From contig JABMQJ010000004.1 in NCBI GenBank assembly GCA_013203315.1, positions 1 to 39,938 on the forward strand: 39,938 nucleotides of DNA. The letters run 5' to 3'. Shown here piece by piece: positions 6,234 to 15,384 of this stretch (position 1 is its first letter; each line of letters opens with the position of its first letter). Made by a program: the position numbers and the translations under genes. Below the pieces are notes generated by a model. The model saw only the letters and a program-made list of their open reading frames with translations. It was not told the origin of the DNA and did not search any database. The stretch is from Candidatus Omnitrophota bacterium. GTDB taxonomy: Bacteria > Omnitrophota > Gorgyraeia > JABMRN01 > RBG-13-46-9.

Positions 6234-7835
6234 TTAATTCCTGGTTGATGAATTAATCTTATCAGATACATTAATAAATTTAAAGGGGCGTTTCTTAATT
6301 GACAAATAGCTTTCATCCTCCAATAAGTCATATTGGGCGCCAAAATATTGATTGAAAATTACCCTGAATGTATTCACGGGGGTTATAGAGTCGTACAGGT
6401 GTCTATAATCATTATCGGAAAAAAAATACGCATTAAAAATACAAAATAAATCTTTTAAATCGACATTATTGACATCATCCTTTTTAAGCGATATGAAATT
6501 AGATCCGTGATCGGCTTGCAAAATAATAATACTGGGTCTCGACGATTCAGATAATATCCTATCGATTATTAGTTTAATCTTGCTATTGATGAAAATAAGC
6601 TGTTTTAGATAAAGTCTTCTACCTTCGCTTTTCTCGTATAATAGCGATACAAGGTGACTACCGCTAATTGAGAACTCTTCTGCTAAATCAAGTTTTTCAT
6701 CATCTCTACCAAATATGAAAGGTGGATGTGGACAAATGATATGCGAAAAAACAAAGACAGGTTCTTCGCTTTTAGCAACATCGGCAAGATGGTCTAGCGC
6801 ATATAAAATCTTCTTTTTATATAAATTAAGCGGGTGATATCTTCTAAGCCTTCGGAAATACCGGTTACTATTCGACAGCATGTCGATCACGTATGGAAGG
6901 GGGGTTGTGTTAACGAGGGCGATTGTAAATTCATCCCAGAATCTTACGGGTTCTATATACATATCAGCGTTTTTGATTTCCGTAATAGAATAACCGGAAG
7001 CAAAACTTATAAACTTATACCCGCGCTCTTTGAGAAAACGAACAACTTTACTATCATTTAACAGGTAGTTAAGTGGCCTGATAGAGTCTGACTCAACGTC
7101 TATCCTGTCAAGCAGGTTATGAATAAAATCACTGTTAAGTGACGAGGCGAGCGATAAATGTGTTTTGCAATAATTTGATCTGCTTCTATTCGCTATATAA
7201 AAGCCTTTTTGTTTTAGGTATTCCAGAAACGCCGCATTATCATATTCATACAACTCCTTCAGGATATCTTCTCTCGCATATCCGTCTAATATAATATAAT
7301 ATATATTCGGTAGCACGTCTCTATTATTTATATGCGCTCGAACTGTCCGGTTCTTTTTTATGAGTTTATTACTTTGCGAAATGATTCTTGTTTTAAATTC
7401 ATAAGTACTAATATTAACCAGAGAAATCGCGACTATTGAAATCGCCGATATATTTAAGAATTTTGTAAAACCGTGCAAATCGCTTCGCGTTTTTACAGTA
7501 AAATAAGCGCTGCCGACAAACAAAACAACCCACGCAAAACTAAGAAACTGGTGACAACCAATTATAAAACCCCACACGTGCCATCCTTCTATCAGAACGT
7601 ATACAGTACGATACGAAAAAAACGAAATCCAAAAAATAGTTATAATAATTCCTGCCTTTTTGGCATTTTTGAGGAACAGATACAACAATAGCATGGCCGT
7701 AAACGTCATACCCAATACAACCAAAAGCGGCACAATAATTTGGTGAAATGACAGCTGTCCAATGTTGAAAGCAAAGAGAAATAAAACGGGGGATATTGCA
7801 AATAAGAATGGGTGGATAACGCGCATTTTCTTCAT
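6234..7835 (-). CDS. membrane-anchored sulfatase/alkaline-phosphatase superfamily (LTA synthase-like) protein
   Basis: N-terminal TM helices; PNIYYIILDGY, SNY.KT, HIICPHPP, QADHG metal-binding motifs. Confidence 0.85.
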   Translation of the reverse strand: MKKMRVIHPFLFAISPVLFLFAFNIGQLSFHQIIVPLLVVLGMTFTAMLLLYLFLKNAKKAGIIITIFWISFFSYRTVYVLIEGWHVWGFIIGCHQFLSFAWVVLFVGSAYFTVKTRSDLHGFTKFLNISAISIVAISLVNISTYEFKTRIISQSNKLIKKNRTVRAHINNRDVLPNIYYIILDGYAREDILKELYEYDNAAFLEYLKQKGFYIANRSRSNYCKTHLSLASSLNSDFIHNLLDRIDVESDSIRPLNYLLNDSKVVRFLKERGYKFISFASGYSITEIKNADMYIEPVRFWDEFTIALVNTTPLPYVIDMLSNSNRYFRRLRRYHPLNLYKKKILYALDHLADVAKSEEPVFVFSHIICPHPPFIFGRDDEKLDLAEEFSISGSHLVSLLYEKSEGRRLYLKQLIFINSKIKLIIDRILSESSRPSIIILQADHGSNFISLKKDDVNNVDLKDLFCIFNAYFFSDNDYRHLYDSITPVNTFRVIFNQYFGAQYDLLEDESYLSIKKRPFKFINVSDKINSSTRN

Positions 7836-9232
7836 CGTGTTTGAACCCGGCGTTTCTCCATCAAATATAAAATCCTTTTGGAATCCCGCAGTGGCACTGA
7901 ATCCCGCATGATAAAGTATTGCTCAAATTCCCTTTCGAATATTTGTTGTGTGTAATCTGAGAAGATGTCTTCCCTAGTTGACAGAAGTTTCTGTGCCTGA
8001 TAATCGCTTTTTGGAATAAATTCAATGATAAGCAATCTGCAGACCCTGCTGAAAAAACTGGCTATTTTATTAAATGGCAAGTTGTTGGAAATCGCCAGAT
8101 GATGGATTAATGCAAGAGCTAACGCAATATCCGCGGGCCCACGCTCTATCAGGGAATTTCTTTCCTGATTCTCCCAGCCGATGCCAGGACTCGGATTAGT
8201 AATATCAAGTAACAATGGAAAATTTCTGGTTTCATTCTTATTTTTACATTCGAGATAATTTTTCTCAACAGCGCTACTATCAATGTCAAAAGAGACGGTC
8301 TCTATCCCCCTGCTGCTTGAAATCCGACTAAACACTCCTAAGTTGGCTCCAAAATCCCAAACTGTCTTGGGGTTTAACTTATTCAAGAACTGATCTATAA
8401 CTTTTTTTTTGTGGTTCTGTGCTTCTTGAGAATAGCTCGTTTCATTATAGTAATCGGACCACCCTGTGCGCGGGGAACGCCATTTAAGCTTCTGTATGGC
8501 AGATTCCAAATTATCAATGATTCCAAGCAAAGCCAGTCGGTTTGTTTTATATCGTGCAGCATGTAGCCGTCTATCAGCAAAATAGCCTTGGCTAGCAGCG
8601 TGCATGTGAATATGAGAAAAAATAAAAAATGAAAAACGGGAACAAAAAGGTAACAGGCGACTGGCCAGATCTAAGGGGATTCCGTCCAGATATATTCGCA
8701 GCAAATGGGACAGACGAATATCGGTATAGCACATTATCGCCAATGGAGCAAGAAAGTGCTGACAAAATTGCCTGTAAGCAACCCACGGCTGTCCTTCGCG
8801 GTACCTCTCAAAAGAAAGCGTATCGATAAATATAGGCTTACCATCCCTAAATTGTATATTGTAGGCACTGCAGTCTTTAAGGGATAGATCGAATTCAAGC
8901 GCTTTCTTTTGAATTTTGAGAGTTGTCAAAGCAGCATCTTTAAATTGGCTGAAACACCATTCATACGGATATGATATAAACGGTATCCGTTCGGGCATTA
9001 TTATCTTATATGCCTTCTCGTTATTCAAAAAATCAATATCAACCTCTTTATGCGGTATCAACAGACCGGCAGCCGTAAGCGATTCATAAAGTCCGGAATT
9101 CATTAAATAATCGTAATTTTTTTTGTAGCATATATTTATTTGGCGATAAATTTCTCCATTTAGATGAAAAAGAAAACCGCTTGGATCACGAAATGAACTT
9201 GGCATACGTTTGTAGGTTTCTGCTTTATTCAT
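7832..9232 (-). CDS. NoeA-like protein: kinase-like N-terminal domain fused to a SAM methyltransferase
   Basis: SFRDPSG start, ISYPYEW, LKDCSAYNIQF, FIDTLSF; C-terminal VWDFGANLG motif I and LALIHHL. Confidence 0.85.
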   Translation of the reverse strand: MNKAETYKRMPSSFRDPSGFLFHLNGEIYRQINICYKKNYDYLMNSGLYESLTAAGLLIPHKEVDIDFLNNEKAYKIIMPERIPFISYPYEWCFSQFKDAALTTLKIQKKALEFDLSLKDCSAYNIQFRDGKPIFIDTLSFERYREGQPWVAYRQFCQHFLAPLAIMCYTDIRLSHLLRIYLDGIPLDLASRLLPFCSRFSFFIFSHIHMHAASQGYFADRRLHAARYKTNRLALLGIIDNLESAIQKLKWRSPRTGWSDYYNETSYSQEAQNHKKKVIDQFLNKLNPKTVWDFGANLGVFSRISSSRGIETVSFDIDSSAVEKNYLECKNKNETRNFPLLLDITNPSPGIGWENQERNSLIERGPADIALALALIHHLAISNNLPFNKIASFFSRVCRLLIIEFIPKSDYQAQKLLSTREDIFSDYTQQIFEREFEQYFIMRDSVPLRDSKRILYLMEKRRVQTR

Positions 9233-9450
9233 GTTTTTTTTCGCCTAGAAAATAGTTTTTTTAAAAAAAATTCTATCTTCTTCCAGAAAATTTTCATTAC
9301 AAATAGTCCTCCGAGAAAAAACCCTATAATAAGCTGAAAAATATAACTCCCCGTACCTAGGTCAAGATAAGCATATGCTTTCCTTGAAAAAATCAAACAT
9401 AATACAACAACAATGTTTAATATTTTAAACACATATCTGAAAATAGCCAA
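9229..9450 (-). CDS. small membrane protein of the YxDxGTGS type
   Basis: AYA-YLDLGTGSYIFQ followed by a TM helix and basic tail; overlaps the next start (ATGA). Confidence 0.8.
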   Translation of the reverse strand: MAIFRYVFKILNIVVVLCLIFSRKAYAYLDLGTGSYIFQLIIGFFLGGLFVMKIFWKKIEFFLKKLFSRRKKT

Positions 9451-9531
9451 TTTCTGTCCCCTTTTTCTACAACTGCAAACGGTGCAAAATTAAACAAAAC
9501 ATAGAGCGCACGATTAACTCATTTATCTCAA

Positions 9532-9560
9532 AATATACACTTAAATTCAAGAATTTGCAA
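9532..9560 (-). promoter_or_regulatory. sigma70 promoter of the three-gene operon
   Basis: TTGCAA-17 bp-TATATT. Confidence 0.55.
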
Positions 9561-9578
9561 GGTTTTGGGCTAAATTTC

Positions 9579-9720
9579 CGGTGTCTGAATAGTGTCCGGT
9601 CTACATCCAAATACATCCAAATTCCCAGTAATACACAGTAATTGAAATTTAACGTAAGTCCTTATGTAATAACGTGATTAGGTGTGATTGTTGAAGTTAC
9701 GGAAAATGCCGATTTGGCCT
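9579..9720. repeat. second, diverged copy of the island att-arm end
   Basis: ggtgtctgaatagtgtcc and aattgaaa..cgtaagtc.ttatg.aataacgt.attaggtg.gatt.ttgaagttac.gaaa align with 5828-5960. Confidence 0.8.
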
Positions 9721-9754
9721 GCTTAAATCGCTAAAGAAGAATTGCCTATAGGGT

Positions 9755-10153
9755 TTACTTTTTAACCCTAAAGCTCCATCGGTTGTCTATGCCCCAGAGA
9801 CGTGATTTCCGGCCGCGCTGTTTGACCTGCCAGGTATACTCACCGCCGTCTTCAAACATATCTACAGGGGCTTTTATCGAGTAAACCTTATGGCCCAGCT
9901 TTTCGCTCGCAAGGACTTCATAGCCAAAGCCTTTATATAGGTCAAATTTATAGACGCTTCTTCCACCGGACGGAGCGGGCGTGCTTTTCCATTTAAATTC
10001 AAGAACTTCTTTACCGGCAAGGTCTACAATCGAATCGTTTCTTGGTGTAGTATACCGCACATTAGGGACAATGCGCCTGCTATCGCTTCCCGCAAAAGTG
10101 AGCGTTGTTATTGTTATTACGAATATTAATACAATCACGCATAGCTTTTTCAT
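9755..10153 (-). CDS. secreted beta-sandwich (FN3/Ig-like) hypothetical protein
   Basis: Signal peptide; FKWK...Y.F.L...GGEYTWQVK...WSF pattern. Confidence 0.75.
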   Translation of the reverse strand: MKKLCVIVLIFVITITTLTFAGSDSRRIVPNVRYTTPRNDSIVDLAGKEVLEFKWKSTPAPSGGRSVYKFDLYKGFGYEVLASEKLGHKVYSIKAPVDMFEDGGEYTWQVKQRGRKSRLWGIDNRWSFRVKK

Positions 10154-10221
10154 GTCACTTCTCCCTCACCGTTATAAATGATGCAAGTCTGATTGTTTTT
10201 TGTTTTGCGGATAAGTGTCAT

Positions 10222-10416
10222 TCAACAACTCATCAATAGTATGAAACTTAACAATACTGCTATCACGGCAATTACTATAATTATTCTTGGCGTAGGATAT
10301 TTTATCTTGCCCATAAACCCTATACTACGTTTCAGATTTTCTCCACAGTAAAGACACAGCAATGATTCATCATCATAGGTAGGCTTTCCGCAGTGTGGGC
10401 AAATATATTCGGACAT
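10222..10416 (-). CDS. small zinc-ribbon membrane protein
   Basis: CPHC...CLYC then one TM; RBS from the junction-type site. Confidence 0.8.
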   Translation of the reverse strand: MSEYICPHCGKPTYDDESLLCLYCGENLKRSIGFMGKIKYPTPRIIIVIAVIAVLLSFILLMSC

Positions 10417-10440
10417 TTACCTAAACATCTCCTACTTGTT
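10417..10440 (-). repeat. orphan cassette-junction site J8
   Basis: Minus strand AACAAGTAGGAGATGTTTAGGTAA(ATG); contains the stop of 10432-11064. Confidence 0.75.
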
Positions 10441-11064
10441 TCTACCTGAGTCCTTCTTAAGGTCTGCAAGAAACGCAGAATCAACATTTCCTCCCAGCGC
10501 TTCTACTTTATGAACATCCTCCCAACATTTGTCATATTCTTTTCTATGGAAATACATAAGTGCCCGGTTATAATAAGGAAATAGTAATTCGGGATTGATT
10601 TGTATTGCTCTATCAAAATCAGAAAGAGCTTGGTCTATATTGCCTTTATGATAATAAGCAAGCCCTCGGTTATTATAGGCAATAATATAATCTGAATCAA
10701 TCTCTATTGATTTATTAAAATAAGCGATGGACAGATCGACAGACCCGAGGGTTTTGTAGATATTCCCCAATCCATTATAGGGCTCGGCATAATTAGGATT
10801 AATTTCAATTGCTTTGTTGTAGTCAGCAATGGCAGCATCAAGATTACCCTGATCCTCGTAGGCGGCACCCCGGCCATAGTAGGCTTCGCTATGGATAGGG
10901 TTAGACTTGATTGCCTTGTTGAACTCGGCAATTGCCTCCTCATGCATGCCTTGTCTTCCATAAATTATGCCTTTTTGGAAAGCCTCTTTATCCGCTTCCT
11001 GGGCATTGGCATAGAAAGCCACTATTAGCGATACTGCCAATACTCCTAGAGAATGTTTATACAT
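10432..11064 (-). CDS. secreted TPR repeat protein
   Basis: Signal peptide and repeated AY..RG..Y...G....AI.DY.KAI.INP units. Confidence 0.92.
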   Translation of the reverse strand: MYKHSLGVLAVSLIVAFYANAQEADKEAFQKGIIYGRQGMHEEAIAEFNKAIKSNPIHSEAYYGRGAAYEDQGNLDAAIADYNKAIEINPNYAEPYNGLGNIYKTLGSVDLSIAYFNKSIEIDSDYIIAYNNRGLAYYHKGNIDQALSDFDRAIQINPELLFPYYNRALMYFHRKEYDKCWEDVHKVEALGGNVDSAFLADLKKDSGRNK

Positions 11065-11089
11065 ACCTACTCCTTTTTAGAATAGGCAT

Positions 11090-11118
11090 ATTATATCAAT
11101 ATTTTACGGGAGTGTAAA
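11090..11118 (-). promoter_or_regulatory. sigma70 promoter (paralog of 4295-4323)
   Basis: TTTACA-17 bp-TATAAT then AAGGAG RBS. Confidence 0.75.
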
Positions 11119-11134
11119 CTGAGAAGTGGGTAGG

Positions 11135-11983
11135 TTATCTTTTGGTTCTTTTTCGCCTAAAAAAGCCTGCTCCTAAGAGACCTGCTCCAAATAGAAGTAT
11201 GGTAGAGGGTTCGGGGATAACAGTGTTGGGAGGAATAACAATGCTCTGTTGCAGGACAATGCGATCAGAGAATGCGCTGGAGAGATACCTTCTTTTTGAT
11301 ATATCCATAGGTACTTGGTCATTCGCAGAATATCCGAGAGATAACATTGTCTCCGTTCCGTCCGGAAAGGAGGAACTAAGTAGAGCCCTATCAATTATTC
11401 CTTCGAGAATATAGGTATCGCCTTCGCCTGGTTCCAGCTCTCCTGCATTCTTATAGGATACATCGCTGGATCCTTTATTCGTACCGTGCATACTTACTGG
11501 GTAGCCATACTGCGTAAGCCAGGCAACGCTTGGTATCTTTGATGGGTAGCCAAACATCGTGATCCATGTAGGATCCTCTAACAATGGAACTTGCTGAATA
11601 CCGGCTGAAGGTGATAAAGGAGTAATATCCAATCCAAAATTATACTGTCCATCCGTTCCATATATATCAATCTTCAAGTCTGACGCATTCAGACTTGTTT
11701 GAGCTTGGGAACTTACCAAAGCAAAATACATGGAATTCGCGTCCATGTCCAGATATAATGCCTCGTGATCATCTCCTAGACTGCCCCATATCGGGCCCCC
11801 GGTATATGTAACGCCGTCTTGCACAGTATGTTTTGCTGTAGGACTGTCCGGATCCCAGTCGACAAAGGGTGTTACCCCCCAATCGCCCAGGTCGCCGTCT
11901 ATAGCATATGCAAATGCCTGCGTACTGCCTGCAGATAACAATAACATGAAAGCTAACATTATCGAAAGAAATATTTTATTCAT
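11135..11983 (-). CDS. PEP-CTERM sorting domain protein
   Basis: Signal peptide; C-terminal VIPEPSTILLFGAGLLGAGFFRRKR. Confidence 0.95.
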   Translation of the reverse strand: MNKIFLSIMLAFMLLLSAGSTQAFAYAIDGDLGDWGVTPFVDWDPDSPTAKHTVQDGVTYTGGPIWGSLGDDHEALYLDMDANSMYFALVSSQAQTSLNASDLKIDIYGTDGQYNFGLDITPLSPSAGIQQVPLLEDPTWITMFGYPSKIPSVAWLTQYGYPVSMHGTNKGSSDVSYKNAGELEPGEGDTYILEGIIDRALLSSSFPDGTETMLSLGYSANDQVPMDISKRRYLSSAFSDRIVLQQSIVIPPNTVIPEPSTILLFGAGLLGAGFFRRKRTKR

Positions 11984-12040
11984 ATTTTCCTCTTTTGTTT
12001 TACTCGCTCTTCTAATAACTATTATCCTACAGTATATATA

Positions 12041-12056
12041 AGCAAGAAGTGTGCCA
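12041..12056 (-). promoter_or_regulatory. sigma54 (-24/-12) promoter of the PEP-CTERM gene
   Basis: Minus strand TGGCAC-ACTTC-TTGCT, canonical consensus, ~58 bp upstream of the start. Confidence 0.8.
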
Positions 12057-12242
12057 GAATTATTGGCTGCTTTTGAATACGATGTGTATGACAGACCGTG
12101 ACAGGGCTGTTGTAGAAATGCGTGCGCAGTGTTTAATTTATTGAGCAGAACTTGGCGCCCAAATCGCGCCCGGTTTAAAATCGAGAAGATCCTAGAGAAC
12201 CCTGATTGAGCTTAATTATTATTCAGGTAGGTAAATGCCTGG

Positions 12243-13136
12243 CTATCTTATCACGTAGCGGTCGCCGCCCTTTGACTTGGCTTCATAAAGCGCCCTGTCG
12301 GCTTCCTTGAAGACTTCTTCTATTTTTGCTTCCTTGCCTTGCTTCGGTTCTACTATGCCCATACTGAATGTGATGCTTATCTTGCTGCCTTCTACCACGA
12401 TAGGTTTCTTCATGGCTTTTTTTAATCTCTCCGCGACAACGCACGCATCTGTAGCTGTTTTATACGAAAGCATAATCATAAACTCATCTCCGCCAAAACG
12501 GCCTATGAGGTCTGTTTTTCGTACCATTTTTTTTAAGCGTGCGGCAAATTCGCGTATAACCTTATCGCCCGTCAGGTGTCCCAGGGTATCGTTTATCTCT
12601 TTGAAATTGTCTACGTCCATTAAAATAAAAGTTAAAGGGATTTTATTTCGAAGACATTTAAAAAGTTCCTCTTCTGCCCTCCTTAAAAAATAGACTTTAT
12701 GAAAAGCGCCTGTCATCCAGTCGAAAGTTGCCTCTTTCTTTAATTTGTCGTGTTTTTCCTTAAGAACTAAAAAGTTTTTTATGCGCGCTATAAGCTCATC
12801 GTGGTCTACGGGTTTTACCAGGTAATCTACCGCGCCTCCGTGAAGCGCCCTCAGCTTATCGTCTATCTTTATACTCGCGGTCATGAATATGACAGGGATA
12901 TATTTTTCGCCGGCAAAAGCCCTTATTTTATCAAGGGCCTCAAGGCCTGTCATGCCCGGCATTGATACGTCGAGTATAATAAGATCCGGTAATTCTTTTT
13001 TAAAAATACTGACCGCTTCCTCTCCGTTTTCCGCCGTAAGAACATTATATCCCTCCGATGTCAGTATCGTCCTTACTACCTCGAGAATGCTCCGGTTATC
13101 ATCGCACGCCAGAATTTTAGGTATTTTTTTATCCAT
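12243..13136 (-). CDS. response regulator diguanylate cyclase (REC-GGDEF)
   Basis: REC (DD, LDVSMP, KP); intact GGDEF and RKTD I-site. Confidence 0.95.
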   Translation of the reverse strand: MDKKIPKILACDDNRSILEVVRTILTSEGYNVLTAENGEEAVSIFKKELPDLIILDVSMPGMTGLEALDKIRAFAGEKYIPVIFMTASIKIDDKLRALHGGAVDYLVKPVDHDELIARIKNFLVLKEKHDKLKKEATFDWMTGAFHKVYFLRRAEEELFKCLRNKIPLTFILMDVDNFKEINDTLGHLTGDKVIREFAARLKKMVRKTDLIGRFGGDEFMIMLSYKTATDACVVAERLKKAMKKPIVVEGSKISITFSMGIVEPKQGKEAKIEEVFKEADRALYEAKSKGGDRYVIR

Positions 13137-13145
13137 CCGGTACCC

Positions 13146-13286
13146 TTAGCGCCTTGTTAACGCAAACACTGCTATGGCAAAGATGAAAAACAAGAAAATA
13201 TTCGCCTTGTTTCTTCTGGCGATTCTTCTGGTTTTTATCTGCACCTTAAACCTTGTCCTGCATATCCTGCTATCTATTAATTTCAT
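13146..13286 (-). CDS. 46-aa basic membrane peptide (below the ORF-track cutoff)
   Basis: GGAGGTG RBS; MKLIDSRICRTRFKVQIKTRRIARRNKANIFLFFIFAIAVFALTRR*. Confidence 0.5.
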   Translation of the reverse strand: MKLIDSRICRTRFKVQIKTRRIARRNKANIFLFFIFAIAVFALTRR

Positions 13287-13365
13287 AGGACACCTCCAGG
13301 ACCACCTGGTTAACAGTTGCCTATATTATAGCGCCGAAAATATGCGCTGTAAACATCAAAAAACT

Positions 13366-13986
13366 TTACCCCCACCTGAGGACGCCAAAACCGGCCCCTT
13401 TTCTTATGCTAACGTCCGAAGCGTCAAATGCATTATCACCGAATTGCTTTTCTAATTCGCTCCACAACCTTTTCATATCATCGCATTGCCTGATATCATC
13501 CAGGACTACATAGCGGGGCTTAAGTTTGCCTGAATAAATATCTATATTCTTTTTTGTATGGCCGTATTCATGCAATGAATCGATATAAAGAAGATCTATG
13601 TCTTTGTCAAAAAAGTTGACTGCTTTCTCTATGACCCCGCCATCCAAGGAATCACCCTGTATTCTTTTGATGAAGGGGTATTTCTTGAAGCCTTCGTCAT
13701 TTTTACGAATTATATCCACAGTTGCCAGCCGACTTACTGTGATGTCATCCTCGCAAAGACCATTGTAAATTGACATAATCGATCCACCGCAATTTGTCCC
13801 AATCTCAAGAACATGGGTAAGCCTTTGTAATCTTACAAATCCGGCAAGAAAAAAGTAGTACTTAGTGGGGCGTTTTACGAAAGAGCACGGCCCCGTTGTC
13901 TCGCCATAAGGGCAATCGGTTAAGTCGATGCCCATACCTATGTCCATAGCCCGTTGGCAGATTTCTTTTAAACCGGTAGCGTTCAT
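13366..13986 (-). CDS. class I SAM methyltransferase (Methyltransf_24-like)
   Basis: VLEIGTNCGGS, GDS, IDLLYIDSLHEY, VVLDD. Confidence 0.88.
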   Translation of the reverse strand: MNATGLKEICQRAMDIGMGIDLTDCPYGETTGPCSFVKRPTKYYFFLAGFVRLQRLTHVLEIGTNCGGSIMSIYNGLCEDDITVSRLATVDIIRKNDEGFKKYPFIKRIQGDSLDGGVIEKAVNFFDKDIDLLYIDSLHEYGHTKKNIDIYSGKLKPRYVVLDDIRQCDDMKRLWSELEKQFGDNAFDASDVSIRKGAGFGVLRWG

Positions 13987-14062
13987 TTGCCAGGCCCCTC
14001 CCTGACTTATTAATATACACGTATAAGCTTAAATTTGCAAGGCTCACACGGCGCCAAATGGG

Positions 14063-14091
14063 TTGCAAAATAGGCCTCGCTATAATATAAT
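14063..14091 (+). promoter_or_regulatory. sigma70 promoter placed for a leaderless transcript
   Basis: TTGCAA-17 bp-TATAAT, 6 nt before ATG 14098, no SD. Confidence 0.65.
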
Positions 14092-14097
14092 ACTCCT

Positions 14098-15375
14098 ATG
14101 AATAAAATCGAGCTCGGCAAAAAGTTATTTAATAACGTTTTTGTATTCATTGCTGTTTTTTTAATACTTTCAACCGCGGCCAATCTCTTTTATCTGGACA
14201 AAAACACATCCGGTAACCCCGGCTCCAAAGGCTGGGATGGCTACCCGGACTTCAGGGTATTTTGGCGCGCTGCGGGTAATTTTAACAGATTTTTTCTCGA
14301 TTCGCAAAAAAATGATATACTTCAATATCCTATATACAACCGCAATTCTAAATTCTACCATTTCAGGTATTCTCCTACCATAGCGCTTTTCATGGTTCCG
14401 TTCGGTAAAATACCCTACCCTAAGTCCGCACTTTTCTGGTGGTCACTCCTCTCTACGCTTGCCTTACTGGCAGCTTTTCTTTTAATGCGAAGGCTTATTT
14501 TCCGCGATTTCGATCTTTCAGACACCAAAAGATCGATTGTTTTATGGGGCACTTCTCTGGCAACCCTTAGATATTATCTCATGATTCTAGGCCAGGGGCA
14601 GACAGATGCGATCATAGCTTTTTTTTGGGTATTGTTTCTGGTGGCTTATTTAAAAAATAACGAAATCGCTTGTGGTATAATGATCGCGCTTATAATACAG
14701 ATAAAGCCATTCTTCCTGCCGGTGCTCCTATATTTCCTTTTGAGAGGAAAAATAAAGCTAATCATATCCACGGTCATAGCTTTTGCGGGGTTCTTGCTTC
14801 TTCCCTGCATTGCGATAGGATGGGATGCGACAATCGCGTTGCTCGGGGAGTGGAAAGAAATTCTCAGCATGTCCATACCCTCGCAATTGTTTAATTTCAA
14901 AAACCAGTCAGTTCCTTCGGTAACAGGAGCTCTCCTTTTAAAAAATGGCGCGATAAGAGGATTGATCGCTCCACAAAATTTGATTTATTCGATAAGCGCG
15001 ATGCTGACACTATGCACCTATGCAATGGTCATTTGGATTTCTAAAATTAGCGGAGCAAAAAATGGAAATAAATGCAAATATTTCGAAGTCTCAGCACTCG
15101 TCATGGCTTCACTTGTCTTCTCACCCATTGCATGGGAAGCTTACTTCGTGAATCTTTTGATTCCGTTTGCTTTTACGGCACTGCTTATATTGCAAAGCAA
15201 TAAAAGAAATGCTCTCTATGCGGCGCTTGCGGTTTATTTTGTTTTAAGCTGTGTGGTGGGAACGGATATTACGAAGTTTATACCCGGGGTAAACTCTTTT
15301 CATTTCATAAACATATCTCTCGGAACCATCGCATTGGCCTTTGCCATGATGCGTTCCTACAGGCAAACCTCTTAA
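14098..15375 (+). CDS. GT87/DUF2029 family membrane glycosyltransferase
   Basis: DFRVFWRAA, FRYSP, GQTD, IKPF, NQS, SPIAWEAY motifs; multi-TM. Confidence 0.88.
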   Translation: MNKIELGKKLFNNVFVFIAVFLILSTAANLFYLDKNTSGNPGSKGWDGYPDFRVFWRAAGNFNRFFLDSQKNDILQYPIYNRNSKFYHFRYSPTIALFMVPFGKIPYPKSALFWWSLLSTLALLAAFLLMRRLIFRDFDLSDTKRSIVLWGTSLATLRYYLMILGQGQTDAIIAFFWVLFLVAYLKNNEIACGIMIALIIQIKPFFLPVLLYFLLRGKIKLIISTVIAFAGFLLLPCIAIGWDATIALLGEWKEILSMSIPSQLFNFKNQSVPSVTGALLLKNGAIRGLIAPQNLIYSISAMLTLCTYAMVIWISKISGAKNGNKCKYFEVSALVMASLVFSPIAWEAYFVNLLIPFAFTALLILQSNKRNALYAALAVYFVLSCVVGTDITKFIPGVNSFHFINISLGTIALAFAMMRSYRQTS

Positions 15376-15384
15376 AGTAGATTT

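Noticed and set aside
13174-13455. Plus-strand 93-aa ORF
   Set aside because: Overlaps the minus-strand methyltransferase and a minus-strand small ORF with a strong RBS; likely a shadow ORF.
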